Assembly (NCBI GenBank): GCA_013239625.1
Contig: MU053933.1
Coordinates: forward strand, 1,118,001 to 1,182,000
Direction: 5' to 3'
DNA from: Lama guanicoe
Lineage: Eukaryota
DNA length: 64,000 nucleotides
In this document: in pieces, positions 1-9,299 of the stretch
Position numbering within the stretch: position 1 is the stretch's first letter
How the letters are laid out: each line of letters starts with the position of its first letter
The notes under the pieces: model-generated
What the model saw: only the letters and a program-made list of their open reading frames with translations
What the model was told of the DNA's origin: nothing
Database searches by the model: none
Program-made: the position numbers and the translations under genes

Positions 1-650
1 TTTATTCTGTTGAGGTGATACTGGTTTACAACATTACACACGTTTCCTGTGTACAACATTATATTTCTACTTCTGCATACACAACAGCGTGCTCACCACC
101 AGAAATTTAGTTTCCAGCCATCACTATACACTTGGCGCCCTTCAGCCACTTCACCCTCTCCCCACCCCTCCCCCTCTGGTAAATGCTACTCTGTTCTCTG
201 TATCTACGTGTGTTTTGTTGTTGTTGTTCACTTGTTTTGTTTCTGTTTGTTGGTTCTTTGTATTCCACACGTGACTGAGATAACAGGTATTTATCTTTTC
301 TGCCTGATTAATTTAACTAAGCACACACTCCTCAAGGTCCATCCATGCTGCCCCAAATGGCTTCATTTTATTTTCTGAATGGCTGAGTAGTAACCCACTG
401 TGTACATATGTACCACATTGTCTTTATCCAGGCATCTGCTGATGGACACTGAAGTTGTTTCCATAGCTTGGCTATTGTAAGTAGTGCTGCTATGAACAGA
501 TATCTTTTTGAATTAGTGTTTTTATATTCTTTGGACAAATATGCAGAAATGGAATAGCTAAATTATATCACAATTTTATTCTTCATTTTTTGGAAGACTC
601 TCCTTATTGTCTTCCATAGTGGCTGTACCAATTTCCATTCCCAAGAACTG
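1..650 (-). mobile_element. L1 LINE 3' end fragment
   Basis: Typical antisense L1 3' motifs, e.g. ggctgagtagta.cc, gttgtttccatagcttggctattgtaa, ggctgtaccaatttccattccca. Confidence 0.8.
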
Positions 651-654
651 TGTT

Positions 655-1230
655 TTTAATATTGTCCAGTGAAATATGTCAACATTTGGAATAACTGCAT
701 AACTCAGTGAATTAATATTTTCCAAATGACCAAATGGCCATGTTACTTAAATCATGTGTGTGTAACAGACCCATTCAAAGTGCCAGAGAGACCAGTGGGG
801 TTTTGTCTAATAGCGTGGGAGTTTCATTGCTGCGGTGCTGGAGTCCGCGCTGCAAGGAACCCTTAAGAAACGCCCCCACGTCAGTTTTGGTGGAGGGTCT
901 ATACAAATGCTCCTCTGTGTGCCGGCCACACATCTCCGTGAGGCCAAATTTTCTTCACCCACATCAGCTAAAACAGTATCTTACAGCAGACGGAACACAG
1001 AAGCAGACATGAGAAGCCAGCTGTCTTCTATTTGGCTAAACATCAAAAAGATTTGCAAAAATATGAAACAAGCCCACTGTTCTCCATGATCATTTTTTGA
1101 AAACAATGATTTTTCATAAAATGTTATTTAGGTCAACATTGATTAGCATGGAATAGGTTTCTTATTGTAAGTTTAAATGAATTATTAAAAATCCTTTAAG
1201 AACAATTTCTTAGGTTTAATGTCTAATATC
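655..1230 (+). mobile_element. hAT-Charlie (Charlie1-like) DNA transposon remnant
   Basis: gaagcagacatgagaagccagctgtcttctatt...aaagatttgcaaaaatatgaaaca resembles the Charlie1 consensus as I recall it. Confidence 0.65.
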
Positions 1231-1494
1231 GTATGCTTTCAGGAACCCAAAGCCAGCTGTGAGGTGTGACATGGAGTTTCCCGCCGGGAGTCTGTATAAA
1301 AGGACTCATTCTAACCTCTCTAAGAAATTAAAGTCTAAACTTCCCAATTTCTCATTTTTAGGAATTTATATTATACATTTAACCTCTTGAATTTTCAGAA
1401 GATAGGAGGGGAGAGAAAGTCAGCTAAAGTAATTTGGAACCAAAGGAGTCTTAAAAACCATTGCTACCACCTCACCCTCTACCCTCTACCCTCA

Positions 1495-1880
1495 TTGCTA
1501 CCCTCTAGGATGGCTACTATCAAAAAACGGGAAGTAGCAAGTGTTGGCAAGGATGTGGAGAAATTGGAATTCTTGTGCATTGCCGGTGAGAATGTAAAAT
1601 CGTGTGGCCACTGTGGAAAATGGTATTGCAGTTGCTTAAAAAATTAAAAATATAATTACCATATGATCCAGCAAATCCACTTCTGGGTACAGACCCCAAA
1701 GAATTGAAAGCAGGGACTCAGACAGGTGTGTGCACACCTGTGTTCACAGCAGCATCACTCACAATAGCCCAGGGGTGGAAACAACCCGGGTGCCCACTGG
1801 CAGATGAATGGACAAACAAGATGTGGGCCATCCGGACTATGGAATATTACTCAGCCTTAAATAAAGAAGGAAATCCTGGC
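1495..1880 (+). mobile_element. L1 (L1M-type) 3' ORF2/UTR fragment
   Basis: aagtgttggcaaggatgtggagaaattggaa...ccatatgatccagcaaatccacttctgggt...ggaatattactcagcc. Confidence 0.85.
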
Positions 1881-2193
1881 AAGGGTTACAGCACGGAGGA
1901 ACTCAGTGGAAGAAGCCAGGGGCCTTTGAGGAACGTTTGAATCAGATCACTCTTCATAGCAAACAACAAAGAGAGGTCGATTCTGCTCATGGGCTCTGTT
2001 TCTCAGGCCGGACGTCGGGGCGCAGCTTCGGGCCAAGGTGGGCTCATCTCCCCACCTCCCTGGACCCCCAACACTGGTGGCAGCCTTTAGAATAAAGTGA
2101 GGTTGGCCCTGCAAAATCGTCTGCTCTTGTTACTTTTGTAACTTCAACGAGAAACAGACTTTTACAAAAATGACATCACAGACAATGCCTCTT

Positions 2194-2325
2194 TTCTGGG
2201 GGGAGTAATTAGATTTATTTATTTGTTTGTTTATTTTTTAATGGAGGTACTGGGAGTTGAACCCAGGATCCCCCTGCACGCTAGGCATGCGCTCTACCAC
2301 TGAGCTGTATACCCTCCTCCCAAGG
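2194..2325 (-). mobile_element. tRNA-derived camelid SINE (Vic-1-like)
   Basis: Reverse complement reads ggagggtatacagctcagtggtagagcgcatgcctagcgtgcag...ctgggttcaactcccagtacctcc (A/B boxes) followed by an AT-rich tail. TSD caatgcctctt at 2183-2193 and 2326-2336. Confidence 0.85.
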
Positions 2326-2368
2326 CAATGCCTCTTGACTGTGAGCCTAATCAGAAACTGCCCCCCCG

Positions 2369-2428
2369 AAAAAAAGAAAAGAAAAGAAAAGAAAAAGGAA
2401 AAAAAAAGAAGAAAAAGAAAAAAGAAAC
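2369..2428. repeat. (GAAAA)n A-rich simple repeat
   Basis: Seen directly. Confidence 0.9.
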
Positions 2429-3180
2429 TGGCCCGATCACAAAGAAAACTGAAGCAGCAACTTATTCTGGAAAGTCGCTGGTTACAAGCCAGCGGCCAGG
2501 TCACTCTGGCCCTTGCAGCCACGGGGCCTGAGGAGGCCTGTTCTAGTCTTGCTCAGAAAGTCAGTGGCCGGCTTTCCTTGGAGCAGCCAGCTCCAGAGCG
2601 CATTGTCCATCAATGGGCTGAGCAGCCGTTGTGGTGTCACCTGTGACCGAGACTGGGGAAGGTGACAGCTGCAACACAGGAGACGTGGAGCCAAGCTTCG
2701 TGCCATCGAAGCAGCTGTTCCGGGGCAGGTGGTGGGGACAAAGCTTTTTCACTGGGAAGCTTGTCCACAAGCTGTGCGGTCGGGGTAGAGCCGGGAGCCG
2801 TGGTCCTCCACCGCGGGGGGGTTCGGACTCCTGACTTCACCTCAGGCAAGCCCGGGAGGCGAGGGCCACCGCAGCATCCTCCCAGAGTGCGTCCTCAGTA
2901 AGCATGCTCCTGAGCAGTACGTTTCCAGTCATTGACTCAGAGTCGCCCCAAGGAAGCCGGATCATTCTGGGACCAGGGTTGGAGCCCACTGGCCAGGAGA
3001 GGCCCTGGTGTGGACAGGTGGTCACTCACCACAAAACGGCCACAGGGCCGTGCTGACCTGGGGGAGGGACCCCTCCAGCCAGGACCTGGTGCGATTCGAT
3101 CCCGCGACCAGAGCCCAGGCCCTCAGCTCCTCCTCACAGCTCTGTTTGGCCAGCTGCGTTTCCAGGTTAGGACGTTGTGG

Positions 3181-3619
3181 TGTTAGGCTGGATTCTGCCC
3201 CCACCCTCAAAGTTCGTATGTTGAGTTCTAGCCCCCAGGACCTCTGGATGTGACTGCTTTGGGAAATACAGAGTCTTTCCCAAGTTACAAAGAGGGTATT
3301 GGGGGTAGGCCCTAATCTAATAGGACTGATGTCCTTATAAAAGGGGGAAATCTGGCACACAGAGGGAACACCGCGAAGGCAGACACCAGGGTGATGTTTC
3401 TGCAAGTCCAGGAATGCCAGAAACCGCATCAGACCTCCAGAAACTAGGGGAGAGCCTGGGACAGAGGCTCCCTCCCAGTCCTCAGAAGCCACCAAGGTGC
3501 TGACACCTTGGTCTTGGTTGGACTTCCTTCCCGCCTCCAGACCTGAGAGAATGACCCCCTGTTGTTTCACCCACTCAGTCTGCAGCGCTTTGTTACGGAG
3601 GCCCCAGAAAAGTAACACA
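3181..3619 (+). mobile_element. MLT1 (ERVL-MaLR) solo LTR
   Basis: Starts tgttaggctggatt, internal ggccctaatctaataggactgatgtccttataaaa, ends tttgttacggaggccccagaaaagtaacaca. Confidence 0.8.
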
Positions 3620-3961
3620 CCCGGTGTAAGGAGCCCTGGGACAGGCAAGAACATTTGCTGGGCGTCTCCAGTGGGAAACGACGTGTTCCTTGGCGCGCGC
3701 CCATCTGGGCTGCTGATTCCAGCCCTTCATTGCCTTTGAGCTGCTTCACAGGCTGAGCCGCAGACAGTGGGTGATGATGGTGTCCATCTGTGTCTATGCG
3801 ATGGAGGGACAGCTCGCACCCCACGGCCCCCAAATCCTCCTACCAAAGCCAGTTCTGAACAGTTTCCAAGTTCACCCTGATATTTCTGCCTAGATATGTG
3901 TCTGTTCTTGGCGTTTTCCTTTGAACTGGCTGTAACTTCTTCCAAGTTCCCTCATTCTATT

Positions 3962-4622
3962 TTTTTTGAAATGTCACTCACTTTATTCATCTTACTTGGT
4001 TGAACCTTTATTCCCAAAGAGTCATTTATTAACCTCAGGTCAGTTTTAATAAAATAGTTTGCATTTCTATAGTATTTATTTCTAGGATTGCATTTTAAAT
4101 TCCTTTTTTTTAAATTGAAGCGTAGTTGATTTACAATGTTAGTTTCAGGTATAGAGCAAAGTGATTCAGTTATACATATAGATATAATTTTTCAGATTCT
4201 TTTCCACTACAGAACATTACAAAAAATTGAATAGAGTTCCCTGTGCTGTATGGTAAGTCCTTGTTGTTTATCTATTTTATATACAGTAGAGTGTATCTGT
4301 TAATCCCAAACTCCTATCCCTTCCCCCTTCTTTCTCCATTGGTAACCACAGTTTTTTTTCTGTCTGTGAGTCTATTTCTTGTTTGTAAATAAAATTTTCA
4401 TTTTTTAGATTCCACGTATAAGCAGCATCTTATGATATTTGTCTTTCTCTGTTTGACTTACTCAGTATGATCATCTCTAGGTCTATCCATGTTGCTGCAA
4501 ATAGCATTATTTCATTGTTTTTAACGGCTGAGTAGTATTCCACCATGCATGTTACCACATCTTCTTCATCTTGACGGACATTTACATTGCTTCCATGTCT
4601 TGGCTGTTGTAAATAGTGCTCC
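3962..4622 (-). mobile_element. 5'-truncated young L1 carrying a 3' transduction, flanked by a 15-bp TSD
   Basis: L1 3' end at 4104-4622, extra unique sequence at 3968-4103, second T-run at 3959-3967. TSD ttccctcattctatt at 3947-3961 and 4623-4637. Confidence 0.8.
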
Positions 4623-4715
4623 TTCCCTCATTCTATTAATGTACTCAGGAAGACATTTGCCACCTGTTGATTGTATGTCTGCCTGAGAGTCATGATTCTT
4701 TCTTTGGCCAACATT

Positions 4716-5142
4716 ATTATTATTTTTTTAATTGAAGTATAGTTGATTTACAGTGTGTTTATTTCTGGTGTACAACATAGTGTTCAGTTATATATATATA
4801 TATATTTTTCCTTTTCATATTCTTTTTCATTATAGGCTATTAAAAGCTATTGACTATATTTCCCTTGCTATACAGTAGGACCTTGTTATTTATCTATTTT
4901 ATATATAGTAATTAGTATTTGCAAATCCTGAACTCCCAATTTATCCCTCCCCAACCCCCTCCCCCTGGTAACCATAAGTTTGTTTTCTATGTCTGTGAGT
5001 CTGTCTCTGTTTTGTAAATAAGTTCATTTGTATCCTTTTTTAAGATTTCCCATAAAAGTGCTATCATATGGTATTGTTCTTTCTATTTCTGGCCAATTTT
5101 ACTCAGAATGATGATCTCCAGGTCCATCCATGTTGCACAAAC
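4716..5142 (-). mobile_element. Second 5'-truncated young L1 3' end
   Basis: Same 3' end as the 4104 copy (aattgaagtatagttgatttaca). Imperfect flanking repeat tggccaacatt / tggctaacaat. Confidence 0.8.
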
Positions 5143-5369
5143 TGGCTAACAATATGTTTCAACATTGGCTGCCATTTCCCTGCTGCATTTTGCTGGGATC
5201 CTTGAGGGGGAAATGCCACTGATGGGGTGTGTCTTCTACCCTGATCTTTTAGGGACTTCATTGTTGGAATTTTCTTCTTGAGAAAACCAAGGCTCCAGCA
5301 TGAAGAACTGTGGGTCCTCCTCATCTTGGCCTCAGGGACCCTCTGTGTTGGGGGGGCTCTTCCTAGCAG

Positions 5370-5708
5370 ATGCTAGTCCTTGCTGGCTTTGATGAAGCAA
5401 GCTACTGTATCATGAGTTCCTCTAACGAGAGGTCCACATGGCAAGAACTGAAGGGACCTTCAGGCAACAGCCAGCAAAGAGCTGAGGCCCTCAGTCCATC
5501 TGCCCGCAACCATGTGAGCTGGGAAAGGGACCCTTCCCTGGTCAAGCCTTCAAATGAGACCCCAGCCCTGACCATTAGTCGTGAGAGGCCCTGATGTAGA
5601 GGACTCGGTCAAGTTACACCTGGATTTACAACCCACAAAACTGAGATAATGTGTTTTTAGCCACCGAGTTTGTGATAATTGGTTCTGAAGCAACAGATAA
5701 CAAACATA
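5370..5708 (+). mobile_element. MLT1-type LTR fragment
   Basis: tgctggctttgatgaagcaagc...gccttcaaatgagaccccagccctg...agcaacagataacaaaca. Confidence 0.65.
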
Positions 5709-5726
5709 CCTTGTCTTAGAAACACT

Positions 5727-6330
5727 CGTTCATGCATTCAACAAATATTTACTTGCCAGGCACTAGGACAGGTGCTCCACATACATCAGTGAACAGAGTA
5801 AAGTTCTTGCTCTCCTGGTGGGCAAACTCTAGTGTTCATGTGTGTGTGAGTGTTGGACAGTAGACATAATAAATATGTTACATGGTTATACAGTTACATC
5901 GTATGTTACACGTATCTACACAAGTACCATGGGGGAGGAAGCAGGGTGAAGAGGATGGGAAGGGGTTGGGAGTTTGCAATTTTAAAGCTCTCTTGAGAAA
6001 GTGATGCTGAGAAACACTTCAGGGTGTAAAGGTGAGAGCCATGAAGTTATCTTTGGGAAGAGTGCTCCAAGCATAGGGACTAGGCAGTGCAAAGGCCCTG
6101 AGGCTGAATCACTCCTGGACTGAGCTAGGAGCAGCAAGGGGGCAAACTGGAACAGAGTGGGCGAGGGGAAGGGTGGTGGGAGCTGAGGTCAGAGGCACAG
6201 GGCCGGGGCAGGGAGACCACGGAGACCCTCACGGGCGCTGCGCGAACTTTGCTTTTACTCTGAATGAGATGGGGACTCTCGGAGAGGTTGAGCGCAGCAG
6301 TGATGTGGTCTGCCTCAGATTTTTTAGAGA
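5727..6330 (-). mobile_element. L2 LINE 3' end
   Basis: ttcatgcattcaacaaatatttac...ccaggcactag...gcagtgcaaaggccctgagg. Confidence 0.75.
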
Positions 6331-7261
6331 ATCTTCCCCTACTAATCGCTGGCGACACCCAGTCCCTGCTTATCTGTGCAAATCGAAGCAGCGCATGCAT
6401 CTGGCTACCCTAAGCCAAGAGACTTGCCCTTATTTTTAGGTGGTTTTCTCACTCATTTTCCTTAGCAAAGCCTCAGCTCCCAGCCATTCTGACAGCCCAG
6501 CTCTGCCTCCCCCACCTCCTCCAGTCTTCACCTCGTGATCTCCTCCACACAGTGCAGTGCCCTGCACCCCGTCCTGGGTACCACAGGCTTTGTGCACTGG
6601 ATCATAAGCTCTGCCGGGCGGGGTCCAAGGCTTTTCTTTCTTCCACATCCTCCCCCACCTCCTCTAGCTTGAGACAGGGCTGCACAAGCAGGGCTCCGTC
6701 AGGCTGGCTCCTGTGCCCCACCAACTCGCCTCCTGGTCTCACAGCCCCTGCTGTCCTCCCAGAAGTTCTATGAACAGTTGTACGTGGCTTTTAATTTCAC
6801 ACACCCAAATGAGGTTCTTGGGGCAATAGTAGCAAATCTTTAAATAAGAAATTGGAAAGAAAATAACCAGAATTACTAATTGTGTATGAATGTTTCTTTT
6901 TTGTTAGTAAGCCACCCTGGCGCCAACAGGAGTTGAGAGGCCGTGGGTGGAGGCCAAGGAAAGCAAAGGAGGTTTTGCCCTCCATGACCCGACTTCTACC
7001 TAATTTTGAATGTTTCCTACAAAGGGTTTCCAAATATGAGTGGCTCAGGGCCACAAGCCTGGAGGTGATCCCTGTTGATGCCTCCAGCCCTCTCTCTTTT
7101 CAGAGACCACATGTGGGGTGCAGGGCCTGGGCCTCACCTGCCTTGACTTGTACCTGGCTCTCAGGTGACTGTACACCCCCAGGTCTTCCTGGTCCCAGGC
7201 CCCTGATGCCCCACACACTTGATGGGAACCAGGTGACAGCTTCAGCCCAAGGTGGGGACTA

Positions 7262-7411
7262 GGGTGAGGCCAGTGAGGCCAGGGCAGGTGCTTGGGGCCC
7301 ATGTTCAATTTAATGTTCTGCTGTCCCTGTCTTAAAATTCTTAACAACTTCTGAACAAGGGAACTTGCATTTCCGCTTTGCCCAGGCCCTGCATGTATAT
7401 GTAGCTGGTCT
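7262..7411 (+). mobile_element. MER45A-like hAT-Tip100 MITE
   Basis: tttaatgttctgctgtccctgtcttaaaattcttaacaacttctgaacaaggg...tatgtagctggtctg. Confidence 0.65.
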
Positions 7412-7913
7412 GCATCACTGAGGTTTTGGCGTCCCCTCTAACTTTCCACTCGTCAGTGGCTCACTGGCCTCCTCCAAGCCTGGGCGCTGCTACAACCTTC
7501 TCTCCAGAAAACACAGTTCTGCAGGGCCACACAGGCCGCCTGTGGCTTCATGGTGTTTGTGGAGTCCTGAAGACTTACCAGGGATGTCCTCCTGGGCTGC
7601 TCAAGACTGAACCTCCCCCAGGCAGCCTCCAGCCCTACTTCCTGTCCTGTGTCTGCTTCACACCAGGGCAGCGCGGTGGGGCAGCCCTTCTCCCAGCTGT
7701 GTACGGGCTCCACGCAGCCATCCTCCCATGCAGGAGGAATGTTTCTGCAAAGATGAACAGCCAGTCGGCCAAGCCCAGGGCCTCTGCACTAGGGAAGGCT
7801 CTGCCCGTCCCTTAAGGTCTTGGAGGGCAAGGCCACCAGAGGGACCCGAGGGGATACTGCAACACAGTCTTTGAAAGTTCACCTTTAAATACAGACCACA
7901 CTTTACGTGTCTC

Positions 7914-8367
7914 TGTGAATGAAAAATAAAGCAACCCATATCAGTAAACAGAGAACGCTGAAGCCATCAAATCATCAGCCGCTGCCGCCACCCCCCCAGT
8001 GAAGACAAGCCTGCAACCTGGCCTCTGCAGCCTGAGGGGATCAGAATGTGAAAGGACAAGATACTGGCTAGGTGCTTGTCAGAAGATTTAAATGAGCCCA
8101 AACGTTTGCTCCTTCCCATACACAGAAGAGCACTAAATTCTTTGAGATGTCTGGTTTTCTTTAACAGTAATTTTTAATGTTCTGACTACAGGGTCTTTGT
8201 TGTAAAACTCCTATAATAGCCTGGCTCCTCCCGTACCTCTTTGGAGCAATCCTTCAGAGCGATCTGGGAGGCTGTCATCCTGGGCTCCAGGGATTCAAGT
8301 CTCAGAAATGTCTGCAGAATAAAACATAAATCTCAGCTTCTAGGCTGCACATTTATTTCAGTCTACA
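7914..8367 (+). mobile_element. ERV1-type solo LTR
   Basis: TG...CA termini (tgtgaatgaaaa ... ttcagtctaca), TATA-like ctataata near 8211, AATAAA at 8318-8323. Subfamily not identified. Confidence 0.6.
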
Positions 8368-9149
8368 CTCCCTAAAGGAGGCTACTCCACCTGCATACGG
8401 GGCTTCTGTGGGTCACCTGGAGACAGGCATACTGAGGGCAGGGCACCGGACCAGAGGCCAGCCTGCAGTGGTGACAAGAGCTCACACCCGGGGCCCAAGC
8501 ACCTGGGGTCAGGCAGGTGCTGGGCACCTGTGCCATGCTTGGGGTGCACGTGCGCACTCTCCGCGACCCCGGCCTGCGCCCCAGGGAAGAAGGCAAGGGG
8601 CGGCCGCGGGCTTGTGTACAAAGGGGCGCCGCGCCCGGCAGGGGCCTGGGCCCCGGATACCCGCGCAGCCCGGCCTCCCAGGGCCGCCTCCGGCTGGCCA
8701 GGCCCGGCTGTGCGGGGGCGCACGAAGAGGGGCCGGCGGCTCCTCGCGCGGATGGTACAGCTCAGCTCCCCCCGCCGGACCGTGGCGGATGGTTTCGCCC
8801 ACCCGCGCCTGCTCCAAACCCCTCTGCCGCCGCTGAGGAGCGAGCGGAGGAGGCGTGACCTGAGCGCGCCACGCCCCCAGCTGCCAAGTCCTGAGGCGCG
8901 ATCGCGCCCCGGCGCGGCGGCTGAGGGCGGGGCCTGACTCTGGCGCAAGGCGGGGGCGGGGCCGGGCCGGCCCCAGCCCTCCCCCGGCTCACTCTCCGCC
9001 CTCGGCGTGCAGGCCCCGCCCCCAGCCGCCGCGGCGCAGGGACGGGGCGGGGCCCGGGCCCGGCAGGCCCCGCCCCCTCCGTGAATATTGATGCGGCGCG
9101 CGTCGGCGTCGCCCTCCTCCCATTGAGCGAGGCTGTGTCGCGTGGCCCA

Positions 9150-9237
9150 GCGTCGGCGTGACGGTTGGACGCGGGCGCGGCACTGCGGGTCCCGATTGCT
9201 GCAGCCGCTTGTCAGTGTGATGAAGATTGGCACCCAG
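9150..9237 (+). other. PKNOX1: PKNOX1 non-coding exon 1 (5' boundary approximate)
   Basis: Consensus donor CAG|GTAAGC at 9237/9238 inside the CpG island upstream of coding exon 2. The TSS cannot be determined from sequence. Confidence 0.75.
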
Positions 9238-9299
9238 GTAAGCTGTCACTCAACCGCTCCGCCGCCGCCGCCGCTCCGCCGCCCCGTCCCTATCAATCA
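9226..9299 (-). promoter_or_regulatory. PREP-PBX decamer TGAGTGACAG (9243-9252), CCAAT box (9226-9230) and TGATTGAT octamer (9292-9299)
   Basis: Exact motif matches on the - strand. Confidence 0.65.

Noticed and set aside
2257..2646. Lys/Arg-rich ORF resembling an NLS protein
   Set aside because: It is a translation of a SINE plus a (GAAAA)n repeat.
8382..9233. 283-aa antisense ORF at the promoter
   Set aside because: Stop-codon scarcity in a CpG island, low-complexity R/G/A/P composition, no recognisable domain.
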